Source: a bacterium
GTDB taxonomy: Bacteria > UBA8248
Length of the DNA stretch: 64,000 nucleotides
NCBI GenBank assembly: GCA_965221165.1
Contig: CBDCRP010000002.1
Coordinates: forward strand, 768,001 to 832,000
Reading direction: 5' to 3'
Shown here: positions 38,824 through 47,874 of the stretch, in pieces
Layout of the letters: every line of letters starts with the position of its first letter
Numbering within the stretch: position 1 is the stretch's first letter
Notes under the pieces: model-generated
Database searches by the model: none
The model's input: the letters and a program-made list of their open reading frames with translations, nothing else
What the model was told of the DNA's origin: nothing
Position numbers and translations under genes: made by a program

Positions 38824-40002
38824 ATGGGTATTGCCGATATCAAGGTGGAAGGACATTGCCGTGCCGATTTTTCATTGGTGGAAGAAACGTTTCGAGAAAA
38901 TTTCGCCGGTCGGGGCGAGATCGGAGCCGCAGTCTGTGTGTACAAGGACGGCGAGAAAGTCGTGGACCTCTGGGGAGGCCACCGGGACGAGTCTCGCACC
39001 CGGCCCTGGACGGAAGATACCATCACACTCATGAGTTCCATCGCCAAGAGCATGGCCGCGCTCTCAATCCACATTCTCGTGGATCGGGGTCAGGTTTCGC
39101 TGGACGAACCGGTGGCGCGGTATTGGCCGGAATTCGCCCAGAACGGCAAGGAAAACATTCTCCTCCGGCACACCATCAGTCATCAGTGCGGCGTCATCTT
39201 CAGCGACGCCGCGGGGCCCGGAGATTTTTTCAATTTCCCGGCTCAGGTGGCCGCGATCGCCGCGCAGGAACCCGCCTGGCCCGCGGGCTCGAAGGGAGCA
39301 TACAATTCCATCAACTTCGGGTTCATCCACGGCGAGATCGTCCGCCGGGTCAGCGGCAAGCGAATCCGCGACTTCATCCGGGAGGAGATCACGGGTCCGC
39401 TCGGCGCGGATTACAACGTCGGGCTCAACAAGGAAGAACTCGCGCGGGTCGCGCCCATGCACCGAAATCCCGAAAACAAATTCTGGCAGATGGGAGAAAA
39501 GCCCGGGACGCTGCTGCACAGGGCGTGGCGGAGCCAGCCGGTGGGCGTCGATCTGTTGAATTGCCGTGAAAACCGGGAGGGCGAGAACCCTTCCTCGGGC
39601 GGCCACGGAAATGCCCGCGGCATCGCCCGCGTGTACGCGATGCTGGCCAACAATGGAGAAATTGACGGTGTCCGCCTGCTTGAGCCCGAAACGGTGGAAC
39701 GACTTTCCAAACTTCAGTGGGAGGGCATCTGCGGTATGACCGGCTCAGCTTGGCGAATGGGCCTCGGATTCATGCACAACTCCCCGCCCAGAACACCTAT
39801 GGGAAGCAACATCAAGGCCTTCGGTCACGCCGGCTCCGGCGGGGCGCTTACGTTCTGTGACAGGGAAAGGAACATGGCATTCGGCTTCTGCACCAACTTT
39901 CAGCCCGAGGGAATGCCCCCCGGAATTCGCCCCCGCTCCCTGGTCGCAGCCGCCTTTGGAGATGCGCTGGATCGGAAACCCGAGGCGCCGGCGGAGACCT
40001 AG
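38824..40002 (+). CDS. Serine hydrolase, beta-lactamase fold (family VIII esterase-like)
   Basis: VDLWGG, SIAK (SxxK), YWPEFAQNGK, FGHAGSGG. Confidence 0.88.
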   Translation: MGIADIKVEGHCRADFSLVEETFRENFAGRGEIGAAVCVYKDGEKVVDLWGGHRDESRTRPWTEDTITLMSSIAKSMAALSIHILVDRGQVSLDEPVARYWPEFAQNGKENILLRHTISHQCGVIFSDAAGPGDFFNFPAQVAAIAAQEPAWPAGSKGAYNSINFGFIHGEIVRRVSGKRIRDFIREEITGPLGADYNVGLNKEELARVAPMHRNPENKFWQMGEKPGTLLHRAWRSQPVGVDLLNCRENREGENPSSGGHGNARGIARVYAMLANNGEIDGVRLLEPETVERLSKLQWEGICGMTGSAWRMGLGFMHNSPPRTPMGSNIKAFGHAGSGGALTFCDRERNMAFGFCTNFQPEGMPPGIRPRSLVAAAFGDALDRKPEAPAET

Positions 40003-40391
40003 CCTGCCTACCGAAGCCTGGTGTTCGTGTAATCCGTAAAAATTAAATCCCACACGAAATCAATGCTTTCAGCGTCCGATGAATCGTACATTCAGCCGGA
40101 AATTTCAAATTCTATTGTGGGTTTCGCCACGGCTCCTCCCCGCCGAGCAGACTTCCTCACCCTTTCAATCTACGTGGGATCCACTTTTTGCGGAGCACAG
40201 CCATTCTCGAAGACAGGCGCCCACCCGAACTCACCGGAGTCCGTTTCATGCGGGACACCCGCTTCCCGCCGGATTGGGAAGAGCAGCGCCGCGCCATGCG
40301 GGCGTTGCGGAATAATCTGTGATGCCGAAAGGCGTTGCGCACTGGAAAAATTCGCGCCGGTTCATCTGATGTTGAGCCGTATCACTAAAGG

Positions 40392-40695
40392 TGTACCGAG
40401 ACGGTAATCACCTAACCGTTTGACCGTCGGATCGGGACCGCGCGTCGGGCTCGACGACGGTGGCTACGCCGTTCCCGGGAGGGGTGAGGATCGTTTTTGC
40501 ACAAACATCCAACCTTTCAGGAAACCGACATGCCCCTGGGCCAAGATAGCACGACGTAAGCCGAGCCTCCTGGAACTCGCCAACGAGATGAGCAACGTCT
40601 CCAAGGTGTGCCGGGTCATGGGCTATCCGCGCCGGCAGTCCTATGAGATCCGCAGGAACTCCCAGACCTATGGTTCAGAAGGACTTATCGGCCGG
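40392..40695 (+). mobile_element. IS481-family left end and N-terminal transposase fragment
   Basis: TGT-starting putative end at 40392; KIARRKPSLLELANEMSNVSKVCRVMGY...YEIRRNSQTYGSEGL. Confidence 0.75.
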
Positions 40696-40845
40696 GACCC
40701 GCCGGGATGCGCGGGATTTTAATGAATCCGTTTGCGTTTTGATTACAAGATGTAGAAGACGGGTTCCGAACGGGATTGTAAATAATGATTATATCCCAAT
40801 AATATCAATAAGATAATAGGATTTTACGGCCGATGAAAACGGCTC
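40696..40845. repeat. ~150-bp noncoding element, copy B
   Basis: Aligns end to end with 23034-23184. Confidence 0.8.
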
Positions 40846-40856
40846 GATGTTTCTAA

Positions 40857-40930
40857 GGAGCGATTGCGGTTTCCCGACCGATGAGGGTCAATCGCGACTG
40901 ATGAGGGAGCGATTGCGGTTTCCCGACCGA
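40857..40930. repeat. 25-bp direct repeat (49-bp period) overlapping a caatcgc-loop-gcgattg hairpin
   Basis: ggagcgattgcggtttcccgaccga at 40857 and 40906; related copies at 12705-12744 and 45250-45280. Confidence 0.8.
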
Positions 40931-41152
40931 GGAAGGTCGAGATCATTTGAACCGCGCGCATTCGCATCAAAAGCTATTCGGTGGGAAAATAACTCATAAG
41001 TCTCACGGAACTTGCACGAAGGCCGGGAGGGGCGCCTGAATTTCGGTATCCCGATTCGGGTGCGCATCGAGGGAGCGTCCATCGGGGTTCGGCGAACGCC
41101 CGCTCTCAGGCTTCGCGTTTTTTCATCCCGCCGCATGTATGGAGGAACTCAA

Positions 41153-41620
41153 ATGTCAGAAGATCATCATCATTTCATGGGGTTGACGCTCGAGGAATCA
41201 CGTCTTGCGCTCGAGGCGGGGAACTCTCCCGTCGGCTCTGTCATCGTCAGAGATGGAGAAATCATCGGCAGGGGACAAAATCGCGTCAACTCTCACGCCG
41301 ACCCCACCTGCCACGGCGAGACCGACGCCATTCGAAACGCATGCCGGGCACTGGGCACTCCCGACCTCTCCGGCTCGACGCTCTACACGGCGATGGAGCC
41401 CTGCCCGATGTGCTGCTGGTCAATCGTCCTGGCGAATATCGAAACGCTCGTCCTGGGCGCGCGCCATGCCGAGATGGGGCGAACCGACTATGGAGACTAT
41501 TCCGTCGAAAAACTCCTGGCCATGGGGAATCAAACCATCGAGCTCGTCACGGGGGTTCGGGTGGCCGAATGCGAGGCCCTCAGGCGCAGTTGGTCGGGGT
41601 GGGTGGAGCCCAAACCGTAG
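41153..41620 (+). CDS. Zn-dependent nucleoside/nucleobase deaminase (CDA fold)
   Basis: HGE...EPCPMC; GGAGG RBS before ATG 41153. Confidence 0.88.
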   Translation: MSEDHHHFMGLTLEESRLALEAGNSPVGSVIVRDGEIIGRGQNRVNSHADPTCHGETDAIRNACRALGTPDLSGSTLYTAMEPCPMCCWSIVLANIETLVLGARHAEMGRTDYGDYSVEKLLAMGNQTIELVTGVRVAECEALRRSWSGWVEPKP

Positions 41621-41657
41621 CCACCGGGCCGTCGAGAGAAAATGAGGAGAAAAAATC

Positions 41658-42482
41658 ATGAGCCGCTGGATACAGGAACTGACCTGGCCGGACGTGGAAG
41701 AATACCTCGGACGTGGGGATACGGTGCTCGTACCCGTGGGCGCCACGGAGCAGCACGGGCCCCATTGCCCCATCGGAACGGATGCGGCCGAGGCCATTGC
41801 GACCGCCGGGGAGGTGGCCGAGCGGGCGGACGCCCTGATCGCCTCTCCCCTGTGGTTCGGGTGGTCGCCTCATCATCTCGCGTTTCCGGGAACGATATCC
41901 CTCGCCGCGGAGACGTTGACGCGCGTCGTCGAGGACGTATGCAACAGCCTCGTCATTCATGGCTTCAAGCATATCGTGATCTTAAACGGGCACCGGGTCG
42001 CGAATCTCCCACCGCTCGAGATTGCCGTCGTGCGGGTCAGGAACTTAACGGGTGCGGCCGTCGCCGTCGTGGACCTCGCGCTCATCGCCGGGAAGGAGAT
42101 TCGCGCCGCCTGCGAGAGTCCCCCGGGAGGAGTGGGCCACGGATGCGAATCCGAGACCTCTTTCATGCTTTACAAGTATAGGGATCAGGTCAGGATGGAG
42201 CGCGCGGTGGACTGGGTTCCCGAGGTGGGCGATTTCGAACACCGCTTCGTCTCCGTGGACCACGCCGTCAACCGGGTCGAAAATCCAAAACTCTCCTTTC
42301 CGCCGACGATGGAGGAATACGGGCGGAACCGGGAAGCGATGGGAGTCGGCGGAGCGGCCACCCTGGCATCGGCGGAAAAAGGAGAGAAAATTTTCGAGGC
42401 CATCGCGGCGAACACGACGAAATTCGTAAAAACCTTTCAAAACGTGTCCGTCTCCATCAAGGCGACCGCCCCGCCCCTTTAG
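41658..42482 (+). CDS. Creatininase family amidohydrolase
   Basis: GATEQHGPH..GTD, NGH, GHGCESETS, ASAEKG. Confidence 0.9.
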   Translation: MSRWIQELTWPDVEEYLGRGDTVLVPVGATEQHGPHCPIGTDAAEAIATAGEVAERADALIASPLWFGWSPHHLAFPGTISLAAETLTRVVEDVCNSLVIHGFKHIVILNGHRVANLPPLEIAVVRVRNLTGAAVAVVDLALIAGKEIRAACESPPGGVGHGCESETSFMLYKYRDQVRMERAVDWVPEVGDFEHRFVSVDHAVNRVENPKLSFPPTMEEYGRNREAMGVGGAATLASAEKGEKIFEAIAANTTKFVKTFQNVSVSIKATAPPL

Positions 42483-42513
42483 AGCGGAGGAGTCCATCTT
42501 CGGTTCATGGGCC

Positions 42514-42541
42514 GTAGGGGCGGTTCGCGAACCGCCCCTAC
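42514..42541. repeat. GTAG-type REP palindrome (identical copy at 60844-60871)
   Basis: gtaggggcggttcgcgaaccgcccctac. Confidence 0.85.
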
Positions 42542-42588
42542 GGGAACACATACCCCGCAGTAATCACACATGCCCGCCTCTACATCGG

Positions 42589-42751
42589 CCTCACCCTGAG
42601 TAGCGGCCGAAAGTTAAACGCGACTGAGAAAGGAGCGTTTGTATCGAAGGTCAGTTCCAACTGAAAAAGGAGGAACTGCATTCCTGCGCCTCTGGGGGAG
42701 AAGCGACTCCCATCCTTCGATACGACGCTTGCGCGCCTACTCAGGGTGAGG
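42589..42751. repeat. REPIN/MITE-like element with nested inverted repeats
   Basis: Outer perfect 15-bp IR cctcaccctgagtag/ctactcagggtgagg; inner IR gtatcgaagg/ccttcgatac. Confidence 0.8.
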
Positions 42752-42801
42752 AAAAAGGCGTTGGCGGTTTGCGGAGGTCGCAGACGGGGGTGTCGCTTTT
42801 A

Positions 42802-42936
42802 CCCCCCTGACAAGGGGGGGTAGGGGGGGTTGGTTTTTAAGCCTGGGGAGGATGAGCGGGGCGAGTGAAGCATGATTCCCTCCGAACTCCCCATCCCTCC
42901 TTACCTTGAACCCCCCAACCCCCCTTGTCAGGGGGG
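42802..42936. repeat. REP-like doublet CCCCCCTGACAAGGGGGG
   Basis: cccccctgacaagggggg ... ccccccttgtcagggggg in inverted orientation. Confidence 0.75.
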
Positions 42937-42948
42937 CTTTTTTAACAA

Positions 42949-43113
42949 CCCCTTGAGGGTCTGGCTTCCCGAGGGGAAAGCCAGACGAAGAAGCCGAACC
43001 GAAAGGTGAAGGCTGATTCGTTGGGGGGGACAATTCTAAATGGGCAGCTGCCCCCACCGATTCGGTTTCGGGTTTACACCCTCACCTCATCGACTCCCCC
43101 TCAAGGGGAGAGT
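42949..43113. repeat. CCCCCTTGAGGGGG-family REPIN-like element, copy 1 (left arm truncated)
   Basis: Shares gaagccga, gaaggctga, cccccacc, tttcggg and gactccccctcaagg blocks with 45186-45400. Confidence 0.75.
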
Positions 43114-43524
43114 AATTCTGCAACACGACAACGCAGGGCCGAACCCTCGCCACCAACCTAATCGTCTCCCCTCCCCCTCTTCGGCTTCATCAAAAACGCG
43201 CCCAGGGCGGGCAGCAGGGCGATGGCGCCGACCATGTTGACCAGGAACATGAACGAGAGCACCGTGCCCATGTCGGCCTGTAGCTTGAGCGCCGCGAGGA
43301 TCCAGGTCGCCACCCCCACCGCCAGCGTGAGGCCGGTGAGCACCACGCCCGCGCCCGTGGTGGCGAGCGTTCGCTCATAGGCCTCGGCGAAATCGAGCCC
43401 CTCTCTCATATAGGCGAGAAGCCGCCCGCAGATGTATATCCCGTAATCCACCCCGATGCCGACCCCCAACGCCACCACCGGCAGGGTGGATACCTTGAGG
43501 CCGATCTCCAAAAACGCCATCAGC
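43096..43524. repeat. 429-bp direct repeat of the RND gene 3' end and downstream DNA (partner 45463-45891)
   Basis: Offset 2367 bp; near-identical, one visible mismatch (43511 a vs 45878 g); gives a 122-aa duplicate fragment ORF. Confidence 0.92.
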
Positions 43525-43642
43525 ACTCAGACCAAGGTGGTGAGTATTTTTCCGGTTTGCATTTCTGCTTTTCGAATTGTTCTTGATATTTCGGCCAATA
43601 TAAGACATATTGTTATTATTTATTGTTTAATAAGGACAACAG

Positions 43643-44248
43643 ATGAACATGCAACTGAAAGCGCAACCCCAAGAAATCTTCCGCAAACACGGCGGCCAGC
43701 TTCGAATGAGCGAGGCTCTCGCTTGCGGGATCACGCGCTACACCCTATATGCGCTCAGAGACAGGGGCGTCGTCGAGCAAATCACCAGGGGGGTCTACCG
43801 CCTTCGGGAACTGCCCCCGCTCGACAATTCGGATCTGGTGATGGTGAGCCTCCGCTTTCCCAAGGCCGTCGTTTGCCTCGTCTCCGCACTTGCCTGGCAC
43901 GGCATCACGACACAAATACCACATATGGTTTCCGTGGCGGTGCCGAAGGACTCGCGAACGCCGACGCTCGACTACCCCCCCGTCAAGGCGCACAAATTCT
44001 CGCATGAAGCATACGAAACCGGGATCGAGGAACATATGCTCGATGGAGCGCCCGTCAAGATATACAACCCTGAAAAAACCCTGGCCGACTGCTTCAAGTT
44101 CCGAAACAAGATTGGGATGAACGTCGCCCTCGAAGCACTGAAACTCCACAAGGCGCGAAACGGGATCAACCTCGTCAATCTCCTTGAATACGCCAGGGTT
44201 TGCCGGGTCAAAAACGTGATGCGGCCCTACCTGGAGATGCTCGTATGA
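43643..44248 (+). CDS. Type IV toxin-antitoxin AbiEi-like antitoxin/transcriptional regulator
   Basis: RGVYRL, VCLVSALAWHGITTQIP, IYNPEKTLADCFKFRNKIG, MRPYLE. Confidence 0.85.
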   Translation: MNMQLKAQPQEIFRKHGGQLRMSEALACGITRYTLYALRDRGVVEQITRGVYRLRELPPLDNSDLVMVSLRFPKAVVCLVSALAWHGITTQIPHMVSVAVPKDSRTPTLDYPPVKAHKFSHEAYETGIEEHMLDGAPVKIYNPEKTLADCFKFRNKIGMNVALEALKLHKARNGINLVNLLEYARVCRVKNVMRPYLEMLV

Positions 44249-44298
44249 CGCCTCCGAGAAACGTGCCCGCCTCCGTGCGGCAACTCCTACCAAGGTGG
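44245..44298 (+). pseudogene. First codons of an AbiEii-like toxin, truncated
   Basis: ATGA overlap with the antitoxin; MTPPRNVPASVRQLL matches the usual NxxASVRQRL start, then similarity is lost and the frame soon stops. Confidence 0.6.
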
Positions 44299-44346
44299 CG
44301 TCGCTGTTTCCTCGAAACTAAATCATAAAACGGAAGGGATGCGTCC

Positions 44347-44928
44347 ATGAAATCGTTCCTGTGTGCAGTTACGTTAATTCTTCTCGTCGGTTTACCGGTG
44401 TTCTCTGGTGCGGCACAGCCCTCTGAAAAGCAAAAAGCCGAATGGGAAGAAAAAAGGAAGGCCAGAGAAAAAATAGAGAACCGATTCAAGCTTTACAATC
44501 ATTGTCGCCCCCTATACCTCCGGGTAGAACCCTTGTTTTATGATTTAGATAAAGCCGAAAAGATTGGTGTCACTGTTCCGATTGTTTTTCAGATGTTTCG
44601 AAATAGACTTCAGGCAACACGGATGTACAAAGGGATGCTAATTCATATGTATCAGAAGGGGGAAAATGAACCCTACCTATATGTGAACGTGGAATTTCTC
44701 AAAAAGAGTAATGCTTTTTCGTTCTCAATTCAATTTCGAAAGCATTTCGTTGATCCGTTATCGGGAAACATTCAAGACTATGCAACGACATGGGAAGACG
44801 GGACAATAGGAATACATGGCGGTGACCGAAATTTCATACTATATTCAATTTCAGAAGTCCTAGACAATTTCTTGACTGATTACTTCGAGGCTAACGAGAA
44901 AGCTTGCGATATCCGGTTCAAGAAATGA
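44347..44928 (+). CDS. Hypothetical secreted protein, AT-rich relative to flanks
   Basis: Signal peptide MKSFLCAVTLILLVGLPVFSGAA; RBS-like ggaagggat; 193 aa. Confidence 0.7.
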   Translation: MKSFLCAVTLILLVGLPVFSGAAQPSEKQKAEWEEKRKAREKIENRFKLYNHCRPLYLRVEPLFYDLDKAEKIGVTVPIVFQMFRNRLQATRMYKGMLIHMYQKGENEPYLYVNVEFLKKSNAFSFSIQFRKHFVDPLSGNIQDYATTWEDGTIGIHGGDRNFILYSISEVLDNFLTDYFEANEKACDIRFKK

Positions 44929-45082
44929 GCTATTCGTCTTTATTGTCATCAACCTTCAATTCGGCCCGAAGCCTTACGGGCTTGACCAGAGTCGTTTGTG
45001 TAACGACACGACTGCCGTCAGGCTGTTCACGATAGGTAGTCGTATTCCATCAATCCGTATTCGGAGCGTAGGGATCGCATAC

Positions 45083-45466
45083 GGAATTGTTGAAAAAGTT
45101 CTTCTCGTTCGGAATTCACCTCCACCAGCGCGGCTGCGGACTACACCCTTTTACAGCATTGCCAGCCAACGAGAGAGAAGAGAACCACTCCCCCCTTGAG
45201 GGGGAGTCGATGAAGCCGAGCGGTTTACGGGAAGGCTGAATCGGTGGGGGGTCAATCGCGACTGATGAAGGAGCGATTGCTTGCGGATCTGGAAATCATC
45301 GGTTCGCAAACCCTCTCTCCTCGGTCGGGTCTGTCCCCCCACCAGTTCGCTTTCGGGCTTACGCCCTCAGCTCACTGACTCCCCCTCAAGGAGGGAGTGA
45401 AGTCTCATCCTTCCCCGGTTGGTTCTATTCGCCAAATCTCGAAATAATAGCTTTTTCAACAACCCC
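45083..45466. mobile_element. Putative MITE with IS-like terminal inverted repeats
   Basis: ggaattgttgaaaaag (45083-45098) and ctttttcaacaacccc (45451-45466), 14/16; a third similar end at 42937-42952; no transposase. Confidence 0.5.
45186..45400. repeat. CCCCCTTGAGGGGG-family REPIN-like element, copy 2
   Basis: cactcccccttgagggggagt ... actccccctcaaggagggagtg. Confidence 0.78.
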
Positions 45467-45524
45467 CTCAAGGGGAGAGTAATTCTGCAACACGACAACG
45501 CAGGGCCGAACCCTCGCCACCAAC

Positions 45525-47864
45525 CTAATCGTCTCCCCTCCCCCTCTTCGGCTTCATCAAAAACGCGCCCAGGGCGGGCAGCAGGGCGATGGCGCCGACC
45601 ATGTTGACCAGGAACATGAACGAGAGCACCGTGCCCATGTCGGCCTGTAGCTTGAGCGCCGCGAGGATCCAGGTCGCCACCCCCACCGCCAGCGTGAGGC
45701 CGGTGAGCACCACGCCCGCGCCCGTGGTGGCGAGCGTTCGCTCATAGGCCTCGGCGAAATCGAGCCCCTCTCTCATATAGGCGAGAAGCCGCCCGCAGAT
45801 GTATATCCCGTAATCCACCCCGATGCCGACCCCCAACGCCACCACCGGCAGGGTGGATACCTTGAGGCCGATCTCCAGAAACGCCATCAGCGCGTAGGCG
45901 AGCAGGGAGACCAGGGCCAAGGGCGCGATGATGCAGACGGTCGCCGCCAGCGAGCGGAACGAGACCAGGCAGAGCAGAATGACCGCGGCGTACACGTAGC
46001 CCAGAATCGGGAACTGCGACGCCTCTATCTCCTCGTTCGTCGCCGCCATCACCCCGACGTTTCCCGCGGCGAGGCGAAAGGCGACCCGCGCGTCGCGCTC
46101 TTTTTCATTGAACGCCTTCACGGCGGAGACGACCCGGCGGATGGTCTGCGCCTTGTGGTCGGCGGTGTAGATGAGGACCGGCATCGCCGAGCAGTCGGAG
46201 TTCAGCAATCCGGTGCTCGTCGGCACGAGAGAGACCGATTCGGCGAGCGCGTGGCGGTTGCGAGGGAGCGTGCGCCACTTGAGGTTCCCCTCGTTCCAGC
46301 CGGCGTTGAGCTTGCGGACGATTCCGGCGAGCGCGACCACCGAGCGCACGCCCTCCACGTTCCTCATGCGCCACTCAAACTCATCGATGAGGCGCATCAC
46401 CCCGTAATCGACGCATCCTTGCGGTATGGTCTCCACGATCACCGTCAACACGTCCACGCCGATGTCGAAACGCTCGACGATGGCGGCGGTATCACGGTTG
46501 TAGATGGAACTTGCGCGCAATTCCGGCACGCCCTGGTGCTGGTCGCCCACGCGAACCTCGGGCGCGTAACTCGCGCCGAGAGCCAGCAGGGAGGCGGCGA
46601 CGGCTATCGTCACCATCGCGGGACGCGGCCTGGCCGCCCGCGCGGCGCGCGACCAAAGAGAATCCAAAAATCCCGCGCGCGCCGCACGCTCCCCTTCCCC
46701 TTCCGCCTTGAGATAGGAAAGCGCCACCGGCAGGAGGCCTAAGTTCGTGAGGATGATCGCGACCACCCCCAGGCTGGCGGTCACGGCGATCTCCTGAATG
46801 ACGCGCACGGGAATGAGCGAAATGGCCACGAACCCGATGGCGTCCGACGCAAGCGCCACGGAGCCCGGCAGCAGCAGGCGGCGAAAGCTCGCCCGCGCGG
46901 CGGGGACGCCGCCGCCCCCTTCGGCGCCCACCGCGTTCACCATCTGCACCCCGTGGCTGACTCCTATGGCGAAGACCAGAAACGGCACCAGGATCGACAT
47001 GGGGTCGACGCCGAAGCCCAGGCCCGTAAGCGCGCCGAGCTGCCAGACGACCGCGACGAGAGAGCACGCCAGAGGCATCGCCGTGAGACGAACCGAGCGG
47101 GTATACGCGTATACGAAAAGGGCGGTGATCACGACGGCGAGGCCGAAGAACAGCAGCACCTGGGCCGCGCCGTCCGCTATCTCGCCCACGACCTTGGCGA
47201 ACCCGATGATGTGGACGTTCGCGACGCCGCTCGCCTCGGCTTCCCGGCGGATGACCTCGAGAGCGCGCGCGACCTCCAGATAATCGAGCCGCTCGCCGGT
47301 GTTGGGGTGAAATTCCTGAAGCCTCGCGCTCACGAGCGCGCCGGAAAAATCGTTCGCCACCAGCCGGCCCACGATGCCCGCCTTGATGATGTTCTCGCGC
47401 ACCCGCGCGAGACCCGCCCTGGTCGGCTTGAAATCCGCGGGCAGCACGTTGCCGGCGACGATGCCGTCCTCGACCACCTCGTTGAAGCGCACGTTCGGCG
47501 TCACCACCGAATACACCTGGGTGCGATCGACCCCCGGCACGAAGAATACGGCGTCGGTCACCTTCTGAAGCAGGGCGAAGAACGCTGGGCTGAATATGTC
47601 GCCCTCGCGCGCCACCAGCGCCACCGCCACGCGGTCCGCGCCACCGAACGCGGCGCGATGCTTGAGAAAGGTGCGCATGTAGGCGTGTTCGAGCGGAACC
47701 AGCTTGGTGAAACCGGCGTCGACCCGCAGGCCCGTAGCCATCCAGGCCATCGCCAGCGTGATAAGGACGAACGCGGCTATGACCCACTTGCGGCGTGAAA
47801 ACAGCGCGCGCTCGAGCCACGCCGTAACGGAAGATGTTTCAGGAGAGGAGGGGGCGTCCGGCAT
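45525..47864 (-). CDS. RND/MMPL family transporter
   Basis: Two TM bundles with periplasmic loops; AIGVSHGVQ, GVGIGVDYGIY. Confidence 0.9.
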   Translation of the reverse strand: MPDAPSSPETSSVTAWLERALFSRRKWVIAAFVLITLAMAWMATGLRVDAGFTKLVPLEHAYMRTFLKHRAAFGGADRVAVALVAREGDIFSPAFFALLQKVTDAVFFVPGVDRTQVYSVVTPNVRFNEVVEDGIVAGNVLPADFKPTRAGLARVRENIIKAGIVGRLVANDFSGALVSARLQEFHPNTGERLDYLEVARALEVIRREAEASGVANVHIIGFAKVVGEIADGAAQVLLFFGLAVVITALFVYAYTRSVRLTAMPLACSLVAVVWQLGALTGLGFGVDPMSILVPFLVFAIGVSHGVQMVNAVGAEGGGGVPAARASFRRLLLPGSVALASDAIGFVAISLIPVRVIQEIAVTASLGVVAIILTNLGLLPVALSYLKAEGEGERAARAGFLDSLWSRAARAARPRPAMVTIAVAASLLALGASYAPEVRVGDQHQGVPELRASSIYNRDTAAIVERFDIGVDVLTVIVETIPQGCVDYGVMRLIDEFEWRMRNVEGVRSVVALAGIVRKLNAGWNEGNLKWRTLPRNRHALAESVSLVPTSTGLLNSDCSAMPVLIYTADHKAQTIRRVVSAVKAFNEKERDARVAFRLAAGNVGVMAATNEEIEASQFPILGYVYAAVILLCLVSFRSLAATVCIIAPLALVSLLAYALMAFLEIGLKVSTLPVVALGVGIGVDYGIYICGRLLAYMREGLDFAEAYERTLATTGAGVVLTGLTLAVGVATWILAALKLQADMGTVLSFMFLVNMVGAIALLPALGAFLMKPKRGRGDD

Positions 47865-47874
47865 GGGTGAGAAT

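Noticed and set aside
38824-40002. Beta-lactam resistance gene
   Set aside because: No signal peptide and no KTG motif; fits cytoplasmic family VIII esterase-like hydrolases better
40857-40930. 25-bp repeats with a 24-bp gap as a mini CRISPR array
   Set aside because: Only two repeats, the gap is itself part of a dispersed repeat, and no cas genes are present
40857-40940. CTGATGA motifs (also ~12728 and ~45262) as hammerhead ribozymes
   Set aside because: No correctly placed stem II followed by GAAA and no UH cleavage triplet; the motif sits in a simple hairpin loop
43158-43526. Independent 122-aa membrane protein
   Set aside because: It is the duplicated 3' fragment of the RND gene with no evident RBS
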